Positions 49,265 to 61,849 are shown, numbered from the stretch's first letter. The stretch is DNA of 64,000 nucleotides from Narcine bancroftii (GCF_036971445.1 NC_091469.1:218798001-218862000); one strand, 5' to 3'. A program made the numbers and translations. Notes: generated by a model from the sequence alone, not told the origin.

Positions 49265-49480
49265 TTAAAATAAAATTTAGACATACAGCAATGGTAACAG
49301 GTCCTTTCAGCTCACGAGGCCTTGCCACCCAATTGATCTACAACCTCCAGTCAGTTTTGAATGTTGGGAGGAAATTGGAGCCCTATGGAAAATGTATCAT
49401 CTCCTTACAGAGAGCGTGGGATTCAAATCTCGGTCCCAAACGCTGGCTCGGTGGTGGCATTGCACTATGTAACCGCGCCA
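49265..49480 (-). mobile_element. V-SINE (HE1-like)
   Basis: AAATTTAGACATACAGC tail and GGGATTCAAA B-box-like motif. Confidence 0.7.
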
Positions 49481-49888
49481 CTCAAAGATTTTGAGACAGG
49501 ACCTCCCTCAATGAATGCTGAGTATTCCTGATAAGTCTATATTTGTTTGCAAGTAAATCCTATTCCCAAGAATCTTCTCTAATAAGATCCCTCCCATTGA
49601 TATACAGCACTCAAGGTTTGACCCTGTTATCATTCGTAAAGAAGGGAACAACAGTGGCTATTCTCCAGTTTTCTGGGACTTTGCCCATGGTTAAAGATCT
49701 GTCAAGGCTCCACCTTCACCTGCTTTATTCCCAATTTGGAAAAGTTTGAAATTGTTTGTAATATGCTTTGGTCATTGAAGTTGCCTTTTGCTCTTTTTCA
49801 AATCTAAGTGTTGGAAAACTCCAAAAATTATACTTATAGATGTTTATATCTCAAACAAAACCGCATTGGTGGGACTATCACTAGTGCT

Positions 49889-50109
49889 TGTGGTAAACCA
49901 CTGCAATGTATAATTATCTGGTCGAGCACACCCATTGGCTGGTTGTACCTGTGGCGCCTCCCCATGGGTTCCTTTATAAAGGTGACTGTTCCACAGCCCC
50001 TGCAACACAGTGCAGGACAACTAATTGGTAGGAATATGTTATGTTCTCAAATGATTAATCGCCCATTGATTTCTCCACAATAGTCTCCTGAGTGATTGAT
50101 GGTGCATCA
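49889..50109 (+). mobile_element. Gypsy-type solo LTR
   Basis: TG...CA termini, TATAAA, perfect 5-bp TSD GTGCT (49884-49888, 50110-50114). Confidence 0.8.
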
Positions 50110-50538
50110 GTGCTGACCTGGGAGGGCAGACACAACACTGCTCTGCAAGATCCTTCTGCTTTCTTTATCTGTATAGGCTTCAAGTGGCTTGTTAAAGGAC
50201 CCGACCGTGTTTTAAGTTAAATCTGGCAACCTCGGAGGTCTGTGCCCAAGATGATTGTACATGTACTCAGCAGGGGCCACAAGGGGTTGCAGTCTCTGAG
50301 GGTACTGCAGACCAGCACAGGCACCAGAAATGGGGAGGAACACCCTTCATTGAAGAGAAGCAGACGACTATACAAGATGGTGACCATGGCAGCTGACCAG
50401 CGAGGGGATCAGTGGTTGAAGGACACACGAGGTGTGGGCAACTTGCGGTCTGAGGACCCAGAGGGGACTGGCTCATGGGAACCAGGTATTGTGCTGGGAT
50501 AAGAGAGAATACTGAGGAGAAGATGTGCTCCCGAAGGG

Positions 50539-50738
50539 CACTGCTCCCTCCAAGCTGTGCGCACACACATGTTTTGTTAATTTGAAATTTACGTGCACAC
50601 AAAATTATGTAATTAATAATTTGCACTTATTAAACATTCACAGGCATTCAGTGCACACATACTTTGGTCACAGGAAAATAATTTGCACCATGCAAGTTTT
50701 TTTTGCACATACTGACTGACAAATTAGAGGAAAGATTG
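50539..50738. mobile_element. hAT MITE (MER53/Blackjack-like TIR)
   Basis: CACTGCTCCCTCCAA / TTAGAGGAAAGATTG termini; 8-bp flanks CCGAAGGG/CCAAGGGG. Confidence 0.6.
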
Positions 50739-50982
50739 CCAAGGGGTCTAGAGCACTGAAGACTTCCTGATCATATTGGAGATTTGGATCTGGAGCCGAG
50801 GCAAAATTCAAAAGACACTCAATGACTGATTGGACATTCTTTTACTTCTCTTGCTCTCTTACAATAAGGGACATAGGACACACGTAATATTACATGTTCT
50901 GTACTATTACAGGACAGTAAAGGAGTCATGAATATGATTCCCTGAGACAGCAATAGCTTGACCTTTATAGTGCTATTGCACA

Positions 50983-51527
50983 CACCAGTGTTGTCTCCGC
51001 TCCATCCTCAACATTCATTGGAGCGACTTCATCCCTAACATCAAAGTACTCAAGATGGCAGAGGCTGACAGCATCGAATCCATGCTGTTGAAGATCCAAC
51101 TGCGCTGGGTAGGTCACGTCTCCAGAATGGAGGACCATCGCCTTCCCAAGATCGTGTTATATGGCGAGCTCTCCACTGGCCATCGAGTCAGAGGGGCATC
51201 AAAGAAGAGGTACAAGGACTGCCTAAAGAAATCTCTTGGTGCCTGCCACATTGACCACCGCCAGTGGGCTGATATCGCCTCAAACTGTGCATCTTGGCGC
51301 CTCACAGTTCGGTGGGCAGCAATCTTCTTTGAAGAAGACCGCAGAGCCCACCTCACTGACAAAAGACAAAGGAGGAAAAACCCAACACCCAACCCCAACC
51401 AACAAATTTTCCCCTGCAACCGTGTCTGCCTGTCCCGCATCGGACTTGTCAGCCACATACGAGCCTGCAGCTGACGTGGACATTTACCCCTTCATAAATC
51501 TTCGTCCGCGAAGCCAAGCCAAAGAAG
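50983..51527 (+). mobile_element. RTE-clade LINE 3' fragment, subfamily B
   Basis: High identity to the other RTE copies. Confidence 0.92.
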
Positions 51528-51669
51528 GCTAGTAATAGAATGATTCAACCATTTCTCAAAATGAGGTCTCAAATTACACAGGTTGAGTAAGGATGCATTT
51601 GAAAAGCCACATAGATTCTACATACACAATTACCCAAAAAAAGGAGTTGGATTATAAAATAAGCTGTCA

Positions 51670-51925
51670 TTTTAATTTTTAAAAATTTAGACATTACAGC
51701 ACAGTGACAGGCTATTTCAGCCCACGAGTCCATGCTGCCCAATTTACACCCAATTAATCTATAACCGCCGGAAGGTTTTGAACGGAGGGAGGAAACCCGA
51801 GCCCCAGGAGAAAACCCATACAGACACAGGGGGAATGTACAAACTCCTTACAGACAGTGTGAGATATGAACCCCGGTCCTGATTTGCTGGCGCTGTAACA
51901 ACATTGCTGATATCTGATTGACCCA
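51670..51925 (-). mobile_element. V-SINE (HE1-like)
   Basis: Homologous to 58125-58375. Confidence 0.75.
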
Positions 51926-52171
51926 AAATTGAATACACCAGTGGAAAGATTTCTCATCTTGGTTCGAACATGTGGAAGTTATACTATTTTAATGTTTGAT
52001 GCTCGAAATCCTAGAGTGGAAACATGGGCACATTTCCTGTAGGAAAAAAACTTGGATCTGTAGATTTCATGGAAGTTTCCCATTGGAATTTAGTAATAAA
52101 TAATTGTACTTATTGAACTATACATTTATTTCCAGGACCAGTTTGACCAATTACAAATCAGAGAATCAAAA

Positions 52172-52257
52172 GCCCCTTTCACACTTGCCTCCCACTAAAT
52201 CAGCCTTTCAGTGTCCCGGGATAGGAATGGCATTTCTGCTGTTCACCCTGGGCCACT
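52172..52257. mobile_element. PIF/Harbinger-like terminus
   Basis: GCCCCTTTCACACTTG..., the reverse complement of 869-948. Confidence 0.5.
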
Positions 52258-52345
52258 CCCGCCCCCGCCCCCGCCCCCGCCCCCGCCCCCGCCCCCGCCC
52301 CCGCCCCCGCCCCCGCCCCCGCCCCCGCCCCCGCTCCCGCTCCCG
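52258..52345. repeat. (GCCCCC)n hexamer microsatellite
   Basis: About 12 perfect units followed by GCTCCC variants. Confidence 0.97.
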
Positions 52346-52567
52346 TTCAATAAGAGTTCAATAAGGAATCAGATGTACTCATATACCCATGTGAGGTTTG
52401 TTACAAAATTGTTAAATCACCATCAACTCTCTTGGGCTTAATAACATGATTTTAGCAGTCAGCCAGTGATAAATGGTTAATTATTGGCTTCAATTTAGTG
52501 AGTCAATGAGTACTAATTAAGCTATGCTGTTCTTAAAGCAGAAATGCTTTAGGGCAGGGACCTAGAC

Positions 52568-52804
52568 CAATAGTTCCCAACCTTTTTCTTTCCACCCACA
52601 TGCCACTTTAAGTAATCTCTGTGATTAGCAAGGGATTCCTTAGGGTGGGATATGAAGTGGGAAGGGAAGGTTGAGAATCACTGCTCTGAATCCAATTGTT
52701 TCTGAAATATTTTGGTTGAGAAAAATTGTCATTGACCCATTTCCTTTGGAATAATGAAATTGTGCACATAACGAGCCAATTAGGTATGATTAAAACAGTG
52801 GTTT
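52568..52804. mobile_element. Partial copy of the composite hAT MITE (mini-MITE plus spacer)
   Basis: Aligns with 57362-57590. Confidence 0.7.
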
Positions 52805-53432
52805 GTGACAGATCATGGGCAAGATAAAGAAAAAAATCCAATTTTGTAGTGTATCTCCAGAAACCTTAGTGAATAAAGTGGAGAAGAGGAAAATTATCCT
52901 TCAACTCTTTACCAGACAGATTTGTCATGTGATCAAGCATCAGTGGGAGGAGTGGCCATTGACTTGAATCTGACTACTGTAATATCAAGGACATCGATGC
53001 AGGGTGTTGGATGGTGTTTCACGTCATGAAAACCTCACTAAATCCCATGTGCTACAAGCCTCAATACAGGTCACAGCACCATGCCCCATTATTCTCGCCA
53101 GCATTAGGCACTCAGAACTCATGTTCATATAACTCGCTCAAATATTCCCATCTGTAGCAGCATTCACAAGTTCATGAAGCTCCAGCAACTCAATCCTCAC
53201 CTTACCAGAGGATATTTGTTGTAGGGATTAAAGATTTTGCAGAATCCGCAGTCAGTGGCAGAGCAAACATTACAAAGGTGTAATGAACTTAAACCTAACT
53301 CTCCATTCTCCCTTTCACATTCCACTTTCCTGTTCAGATTCAACAGTTGCAACTTATGTAAGTACCAAGGTCTAGCTTGCCCAATCAATGCCCCTCCCCT
53401 CACGATAGAGTTAATTGATAGTATTAATTGTA

Positions 53433-53622
53433 CAACAGGTCCTCACTTAACATTGTTGATACATTCTTGGAAAGTGCTACTTTAAGCAAAACCATGTAAA
53501 ACAAAACCAATTTTAAATCATGGTAAAATACCGTGGTATTTTAATTTTAATTTTAAAAATGTTTTTACTCATCAATGCTATAATGAAATGATGTTGAACA
53601 AAACAATGTTATTCAATGCCTG
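53433..53622. mobile_element. Tigger-family MITE resembling MER82
   Basis: TA|CAACAGGTCCTCACTTAACATTGTTGAT..TTCTTGGAAA..CTTTAAGC. The family name is recalled from memory, not searched. Confidence 0.55.
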
Positions 53623-53699
53623 AACAGAAAGGAGCTCCTAATATTGCCTTTTTTCCTTCCACTTTCTTCTCTATTTCTCATTTTGACGTAGCTTATGTT

Positions 53700-55080
53700 G
53701 TTCCGTTGTTTAAAAAAAGGTTCCAAAAGTAAACCAGGAAATTACATGCCAGTGATCCTGATGTCAGTCATAGGTAAATTATTGGAAGGTGTTCTGAAAG
53801 ATCGGGTATCCAAGTATCTAAGAACTGATTAGAGGTAGTCAGCATGGATTTGTGCATGGTAGGTCGTCTTTAATGAATCATTTAGAGTTTTTCAAGGAGG
53901 TTACTAAGTAGATGAAGGAAAGGCTGTGGATATTGTCTATATGGACTTTGGTAAGGCCGTTGGCAACGTCCCACAAGGGAGATTAGTTCAGAAAATTCAG
54001 ACACTAGGTATCCATGGAGAGGTTGGAAACTGAATTCAAAATTGGCTGAATGGGAGAAGACAGAGAGTGGTACTGGATGATTGCTTCTCAAACTGGAGGC
54101 TGTGACTAGTGGTGGGCCTCAGGAATTGGTGCTGGGTCCATTGTTGTTTGTCATCTGTATCAATGATCTGGATGATGATGTGGTAAATTGGATCAGCAAA
54201 TTTGCTGATGACACTAAGGTTAGAGGTGTTGTGGGCAGCAAGAAAAGCTTTCAAAGCTTGTAGAGGGATCTGGACCAACTGGAAAAATGGGCCAGAGTAT
54301 GGCAGATGGAATTTAATGCAGAGAAGTGTGAGGTGTTGCATTTTGGAAGGACAAAACAAGAAATGACATCCCTAGTAAATGGTAGGGCACTGAGGAGTAC
54401 AGAGGAACAAAGGGATCTGGGAATACAGTCACATAATTCCCTGAAAATGTCATCACAAGGTAGACAAGATAGTGAAGAAAGCTTTTGGATCTTGACCTTC
54501 ATCAATCAAAGTATTGAGTACAAGAGTTGGGATGTTGTGATGAGGTTGTATAAGACATTGGTGAGGCCAAATTTGGAGTATTGTGTGCAGTTCTGGTCTC
54601 CAAATTACAGGAAGGATATCGGTAAGATTGAAAGAGTGTAGAGAAGATTTACTAGGATGTTGCTGGGTCTTCAGGAAATGAGTTACAGGGAAATATTAAA
54701 CATATTAGGACTTTATTCCTTGGAGTGTACAAGAATGTGGGAATATTACAAAATTATGAGGGGTATAAATAGAGTAAATGTGAGTAAGCTCTTTCCACTT
54801 AGATTAGGAGAGAGGACATGGCTTTAGGGTGAAAAGAGAAAGGTTTGGGGGGAACTTGTTCACTCAGATAGTGGTGGGAATGTGGAATGAGCTGCCATCT
54901 GCTGTGGTAAATGAGGGGTCACTCTTAAGTGTTAAGAATAAATTTGATAGATGCATGTATGGGAGAGATCTGGATGTTTATGGGATGGCTGCAGGTCAGT
55001 GGGACTAGTTGAACGAAGTTTTGGCACAGACTAGAAGGGCTGTATGACCTGTTTTCTGTGCTGAGTGTTCTAAGGTTCTA
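53700..55080 (+). mobile_element. CR1 (HER1-like) LINE, RT to 3' end
   Basis: GPQELVLGPLLF, ISKFADDTK, MEFNAEKCEVLHFG and [15 protein letters not shown], with a TTCTAAGGTTCTA tail. Confidence 0.9.
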
Positions 55081-56029
55081 TTTTCTTCTTCTCCCCTTAA
55101 TCTCCTCCCTTTCTTTATGCCCCTCTACTTCTTGCTCCGAATAGGTAGTCCTACTATCTATTGGCCCCATAATCTAGTTCCCTTGGGAGCATGATTGCTG
55201 AAACCCTATGTTTGGCAGCAATAGGTTTTGGGTAACAATGCCTTTTGGCACACCACTCCCTGAATATTACTGTTTCTCTAAAGTTCTCTAAAGAGCAAAT
55301 ATAACAGCTTTTCCACAACCAACTCACCTTCCAAACAATTACCAACAAACCTGCAAGTAAATGGTAATTCTTCAGTTTTTCCAGCTTTTAAATGTAGAGT
55401 CCTAGAAAAACATTGATATATTCTTTAACACTGAGATCTAATCATTTTCAGCATTTAACACATCAAAACCAATAATTTTGTGAGGTTTACAAGTAAAGGA
55501 GGAGTTTTTGAATATCTGGAGTATTTTTTTAAACTTGATCCTTATAAAACATCTTTGAGCCATTTGTGAATTTCATTCATCACTCTGGCCAGGAGCCTTT
55601 GTGACAACTGTTAGATGTGACACATCATGCATTTCACATTCCTTCCTGGTGTTTGCACAGTTTTGGAGAGGAAGAAGGATGACTGAAGAGTTCCAAACCG
55701 ATCAGGCTTTATTACTGACCCTTTGACTTCAACTATCAATATCCAACAACCTGCATTAACAACAATCGCAATTTCTTTTCACATAGCCTCTTACAATTGG
55801 AAAAGTATCTTAAGGCATTTCATGAGCAAATTGTTTAACAAACTTCAAGGCTGAATCACCTAAGGACATATGACCAAACATAAGGCTTTCAAGGGCATTT
55901 TAAAAGTAGTATAAAGGTAAAGAAATAGACAAATTCATAGGAGATAAACATGAAAATCTGCAGGCATTGTGGTTGTCATGCAATGCACAAAAATATTGGC
56001 ATGATTAGCATGGGGGGGGGGGGGGGGCG

Positions 56030-56255
56030 GCATGGTTAGTGAGGGACCAGCACAATTAGTAGAGCAGTTAGCACAGCGTCGGCGACTCAGGTTCGAATCT
56101 GGTGTTACCTGTAAGGAGTTTGTACGTTCACTCAATTTCTGTGTGGTTTTCCTCCGGATGCTCCAGTTTCCTCCCACCATTCAATTGGGAGTAATTGGGC
56201 ACCATGACTGGAAGGGCTTGTTACAGTGTTATATGCCAAAATTTAAATTTAAAAT
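56030..56255 (+). mobile_element. V-SINE (HE1-like)
   Basis: GGTTCGAATC B box, CTGTAAGGAGTTTGTACGTTC and tail AAATTTAAATTT. Confidence 0.7.
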
Positions 56256-56269
56256 TCACGCAACGTTTA

Positions 56270-56460
56270 TAGAAAGCAAAGGATTGTAACCAACATTTCA
56301 GACCTGAGCTCTTTGTCAAGGTGTGAGCAGAAAGTGGGAAGGCACCTTTCTGCTCATACCTTGACAAAAGGCTCTGGCCCAAAATGTTGGCTAGATGGCT
56401 TTGCTTCTAATGGATTCTGTGTGACCTGTCAAGTTTCTCCAGCACTTTTGTGTGTTGAAC
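56270..56460. mobile_element. Penelope-derived hairpin
   Basis: ~47-bp inverted arms (56290-56336 / 56343-56390) around a 6-nt loop. Confidence 0.7.
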
Positions 56461-56718
56461 AAGTTCATTGATTTTATAGAGCATGAAATTCGATATGGAT
56501 GTATATCCATTCATGGCAAGAGTGACTCGTTCAAGCTAACTGGCAGCAAAATATTTGTGAACCTAATTTTTCCTGCAGGCATTTGATTTCTTTCAAATCA
56601 TTGTGTTCATAGTATTATGGAACTATATATATTTTTTATTTACAGTATGGAAGAAGCCAATTCCATCCATTTAAACGCAAGCCATCCAATCACACCCAGT
56701 TAACCTACAACCATATTC

Positions 56719-57712
56719 AAGTGGTTTTCAAACTGCCCCCCTAAACTCACATTCTTCTTCTTCTTTGGCTTGTCTTTGCGGACGAAGATTTATGGAGGGG
56801 TAAATGTCCACGTCAGCTGCAGGCTCATTTGTGGCTGACAAGTTTGATGCGGGACAGGCAGACACGGTTGCAGCGGTTACAGGGGAAAATTGGTTGGTTG
56901 GGGTTGGGTGTTGGGTTTTTCCTCCTTTGTCTTTTGTCAGTGAGGTGGGCTCTGCGGTCTTCTTCAAAGGAGGTTGCTGCCCACCGAACTGTGAGGCGCC
57001 AAGATGCACGGTTTGAGGCGATATCAGCCCACTGGCGGTGGTCAATGTGGCAGGCACCAAGAGATTTCTTTAGGCAGTCCTTGTACCTCTTCTTTGGTGC
57101 ACCTCTGACACGATGGCCAGTGGAGAGCTCGCCATATAACACGATCTTGGGAAGGCGATGGTCCTCCATTCTGGAGATGCGACCTACCCAGCGCAGTTGG
57201 ATCTTCAACAGCGTGGATTCGATGCTGTCGGCCTCTTTCATCTCGAGTACTTCGATGTTAGGGATGAAGTCGCTCCAATGAATGTTGAGGATGGAGCGGA
57301 GACAACGCTGGTGGAAGCGTTCTAGGAGCCGTAGGTGAGGACCCATGATTCGGAGCCGAACAAACTCACATACTATTTTAAGTAATCCCTATGCCATAAG
57401 TGCTCTGTGATTAGTAAGGGATTGCTTAAGGTGGTTTGTGAGTGAGAAGGGAAGATTAAGAACCACTGCTCTAGACCCAATTGTTACTGAAATACTTTGT
57501 TTGAGAAAAATTGTTTTTGGCCTATTTCCTCTGGAGTTATGAAACCGTTCACATAATAAGTCAATTAGGTACGATTAAAACATTGGTTTTCAAATCTTTT
57601 CTTTCCACTCACATACCACCTTAAGCAATCCCTTACAAATCACAGAGCACCTATGGCTTAGGGATCACTTAAGGCGGAATGTGAGTTTAGGGGGGCAGTT
57701 TGAAAACCACTG
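56719..57712. mobile_element. Composite hAT MITE made of two inverted mini-MITEs, interrupted by an RTE
   Basis: Outer TIR AGTGGTTTTCAAACTGCCCCCCTAAACTCACAT / ATGTGAGTTTAGGGGGGCAGTTTGAAAACCACT. Confidence 0.85.
56753..57361 (-). mobile_element. RTE-clade LINE 3' fragment, subfamily B
   Basis: 10-bp TSD AAACTCACAT (56743-56752, 57362-57371) and a (GAA)n tail. Confidence 0.93.
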
Positions 57713-57859
57713 TTCTACCTGTTATGTTACACATATGAGAATGGGAAAGTGGTTCTGCCAACCAAGGAACAGATAGTCATTCACCAAATCCACTACTGTA
57801 TTTCTTCAGTGATATCCAGACCTCACTTCTTAGGATCGATGGTGAAAGTGGAAATTCCT

Positions 57860-58490
57860 GCAACCCCATTCATGGACTGAAAGGTGGTGGATGGGAGGGG
57901 GAATTCTCATTGAAACCTCCTGAATATTGCAAGGGCTAGAGAGCGCAGATGGGAAGAAGACCTTTCCAGCAAGGGGAAAATCTAGGACTAGAGGGCACGG
58001 ACTCTGAATAAAAGGAGGTTCCTTCAGAAGAGAAATGAGGAGGAATTTCTTCAGCCCGAGGATGGTGGATCAATGCAATTCATTGTCACAAATGGCTGTG
58101 GAGGCCAAATTATAGGGTATATTTAAATTTTAAATTTAGACATACAGCACAGTAACAGGCCTTTCCGGCCCATGAGCCCGTGCCCCCCAATTACACCAAC
58201 AACCCGCGGTACGTTTTGCAAGATGGGAGGAAACTGAAACACCCCAGGGAAAACCCACGCAGAGATGGGGAGAATGTCCAAACTCCTTACAGACAGCATG
58301 GGATTTGAACCCCAGTCCCGATCATTGGTGCTATAACAACTTTGTGCTAACCGCTACACTAACCGTGTCACCCCTGCGAAGACTGATAGGTCCTTGATTA
58401 GTAAGGAAAAATACATCAGTCATGATTCGATTGGTGGAACAGACTCGATGGGCCAAATAGCCTAATTCTGCCCCTACAGCTTATGGTCAT
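57860..58490 (+). mobile_element. CR1 3' fragment interrupted by a SINE
   Basis: GAAATGAGGAGGAATTTCTTCAGC...GACTCGATGGGCCAAATAGCCTAATTCTG. Confidence 0.7.
58125..58375 (-). mobile_element. V-SINE (HE1-like), near full length
   Basis: tRNA-like head with A/B boxes on the minus strand, V domain and TGCTGTATGTCTAAATTT tail. Confidence 0.8.
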
Positions 58491-59713
58491 GGAAATCTTT
58501 GCTCAGAAAATAACAAAAAGTTTTCTTCCTTCGAACCATCAAATTCATTGATAACAAGTGCGATTGAAAGGGAATGGAAATGTTTTATTTTAAATATGCC
58601 CGAACTAGTTGAATCAGTTTTCATTAATAAGTAGAATGATGTGTTCTCTGAAGTTTGACTAATATGATGATTTAGCAACTTTATGTTGCCAGACTGTGAA
58701 AGAGTAAAGCAGATGTTGGCAGGGAAAGTCCGTGGCTGATTGAGAAATCGTAAGTCAACAGTGAGTCATATTTAATGGAGTGTGAGCATATAGTACTTAG
58801 TATGCTCTGTTACACTCAGGATTATTATTGTCCAGAATTTGTTTGTGCAATGTCTGTGAGAAATCCACTATTCCTATCAATTTCCCATAAAAAGCAATGA
58901 TTGGAATAGTTAGCAGGATGGACAATTTTAGTTCTGTTTTATATTTTACAGCCAAAACCTATGACTGATATCTCATATATTTATTTGCCTCATCTTAACC
59001 AATAAATATAGTCACCTCATTGATCATTCTACCATAAGCTCAGAAGTGGTGATATTCTCTGATGACTGAACAATGTTCCAATCTATTTGCAGACCCTTAG
59101 AAAATGCCAGGCCTACATGCACCAACCTAGATACTCATCAGTGTCAATTTCAGAAGTGGAAGCAATTTTCATCTCTGACTAATTATAGTGCCAGTGACCC
59201 AGGTTCGAATCTTGTGCTGTCCATAAGGAGTTTCTATGTTCTCCCCGTGACCGGGTGGGTTTCCTCCGAGTGCTCCAGTTTTCTCCTTCACTCCAGAGTC
59301 ATCTGGGTTCGCAGGTTAACTGGTCACATGCGTGTATTTGGGTGGAGCGGGCTCGTGGGACACAAGGATCTGTTACTAAATTATCAAACAATGATCACCA
59401 CCCAAAATCTAAAACCTCTCTCAAGTCACTTAATGACTTTACCATCATCACATCGGCTACCTCAAACATCCCAGAGATTACGATTGACAAGAAATTGAAT
59501 TTGACTACCAAATACAGTAAGTCGGAGAACAGCTGTTACTCGCTGGCTGAAGCCCCAAAGACCTCTCAACATCTACAAAGCCCAAGAGGATGGAGTACTC
59601 TCCATTTCCCTAATGAATGCAGCCCCATCACCTCTGAAAAGGTACTGAGTACTCAAAACATGTTTGCTTGACGCCATTCAAGATGGAGCTTGCTCGGCAC
59701 CCCAGCAACCAAC

Positions 59714-59862
59714 TGTAGTGCTATCAATTAAACCCGACAGGCCGGAGTCAAGATTAATAGGCTTTTATCACTATAAACTTGCACTCATAGCTTACATGCT
59801 GTTGGCCTGATTCCAAGGCAGAACTGAGGGAGGGGGATTGGGCGATACAGTGTTCCACCACA
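59714..59862 (-). mobile_element. Gypsy solo LTR of the G3 family, internally deleted
   Basis: The reverse complement starts TGTGGTGGAACA and aligns to 48332-48464. Perfect TSD CCAAC (59709-59713, 59863-59867). Confidence 0.9.
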
Positions 59863-60271
59863 CCAACCTAAACATATAATCCCTCTGACTAGTGCACAGT
59901 CACTCCACCATGAAACATTTACAAAATGAACTGCAGACACTCTCAGAGGAACTTCCAAACTCCTAACCTCTACCGCTGAAAAAGGCAAGGGCAGCAGATG
60001 AGTGGGAACCCCATCACCTACAGAGACCTACCCAACTGAGCAGAAGTTTCATTTGGAAATCTATTACAGTTGAGTAAGTAGTCATCAGGTCTTCTTCCTG
60101 GAACTTCCATGTTACTGCATTATGAGAGAACCTTGAGCCAGGAAGACGATAGGTCACTTCAGCATAAATGAAAACAATGGATCTAGAACTGGATGTGCAA
60201 AAGGCACATATTTATCTCACTCTTCACACTTTTCCTTCATAGGGCAGTGACTATTAAATAAGATCTTTCTC

Positions 60272-60503
60272 TGTGATAGTATGGATACTATCACCAATGT
60301 ATATATTTGTATAAATATTTACATATAGTAGTAGTGATTGGCTGAGAGCTGTAGCCATGCCCACTGGCAGGTCATAAAGGGCTGCTCCTATCCAGACCCA
60401 GGTCAGTCTGGACAGGTTGACCTCGATTTAATACGCGCCAGTCTTTTGCTAATAAAAGCCTTGGTTTGAGTCAACAAGTCTTTGGGTCATTCAATGCGCT
60501 ACA
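60272..60503 (+). mobile_element. Gypsy-type solo LTR
   Basis: TG...GCGCTACA termini, GCTAATAAAAGC as in the G2 LTR; flanks TTCTC/TTCCC. Confidence 0.7.
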
Positions 60504-61092
60504 TTCCCTTACAGGTTTTTGTAACTGTATTAACTGTTTTACCCCTTCCAGTTCCTAGTCACCATTTGTATTTATGTGTGTTTTTTTTTTCATTTTAACT
60601 TTGATCTCTTTTGGTTAAGGTAGAATCTTTGTCCCTGAGAGCTATGGTATGGTATCATAGTGGCATCAAGATTGAACTATTTGAATAGAAAGTGTGGGCC
60701 TACAATGTGTGGAATTTAAATTCAGTTAATGATCTGCAGTTCGTAAAAGAGAAAAGAAAAACAAAGCTGGTCTAAGTGATGACCATAAAACCATTGGATT
60801 GTTGTAAACCCTCAACTGTCTCATGCTGTCTTGCCTTTATGTGAATCCAGACTCACTAATCTGGTGGATTGAAATGGCCCGGCAAACTATTCAATCCACG
60901 GGCAATTTGGGATGAGCAAATAAAAGATGACCTTACAGTGACCTCACAAAAACTTTGGAGTACATCAATCAGCAAGGATGATCTCAAATGTTTATGTGGC
61001 CACCTGCACCCCATTTTTGGTGGCATAAACACCCCCACACAAGCCAACTCTTACGCACTCTATACACCACCACCCGCTCCTGTAACAACATA

Positions 61093-61547
61093 CAGTGAAA
61101 CCTCGTTAGAACACGATTCCTTAATCCGCGGAATCACTTATAGGTTTCTGCAGACCCCAAACTTTTAAGGGGTGGGCTGATAACAATCAGCCAGAGACCC
61201 AACTCCCCGCGCCTGACAGCCCCAGTCCCTGTGCTTGTCAGCCCCCCCTCCACACTGCATGACAGCCCACCTCCCTGTTGCGCCTGCCCCCCAGTGCAGG
61301 ACTTCGAGGCAGGGGGTGCCAGTGCGGAATTTCGGGGCAGGGGCGACCAGCACGGGACGTTGGGGCAGGGGCAGCTGGACGTCCCTGCCCTGATGTCCCG
61401 CGGTGGCTGCCCCAGCCCTGATGTCCCGCGCTGGCACCTCCTGCCCCAAAGTCCTGCACTGGCTGCCCCTGCATCTTTTCCACGACTCGGCTGTAACGCG
61501 GTATGAAATCTTGGCTCCAACTACAGTGTTCTAATGAGGTTTTACTG
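61093..61547. mobile_element. Tigger/pogo-like MITE with GC-rich interior
   Basis: TIRs CAGTGAAACCTCGTTAGAACAC / GTGTTCTAATGAGGTTTTACTG with TA on both sides. Confidence 0.88.
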
Positions 61548-61849
61548 TATCTGCACATAAAATTCTGGAGCTTCCCTGATTTTAATAGATCTTTTATGGT
61601 AGATTCATTATCAACTGCCAATCTCTTAAGTTTTGTTAGTTGCTTACTAAACATCTCTGCTTCTCAACATTTAGTTCAAAACATCCCCTTAAACCTATTT
61701 CTTTATCAGTCAAGGGGGAAGGGCAGCATCACTCCTCTTCCACCTTTGTCCTTCATGCTGGATGCAGCAAAGAGCTCTAGCAGCACATAAGCAAGGCAGG
61801 AGAGAGTGGGCAACTCGGCCTGGTAGCAGACTTGCTGTGGAAGCAGTTT

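Noticed and set aside
52104-52441. Poly-Pro / Pro-Arg ORFs
   Set aside because: Translations of the (GCCCCC)n microsatellite.
58290-58375. tRNA gene
   Set aside because: The A/B-box-like sequence is the head of a SINE; no complete cloverleaf.
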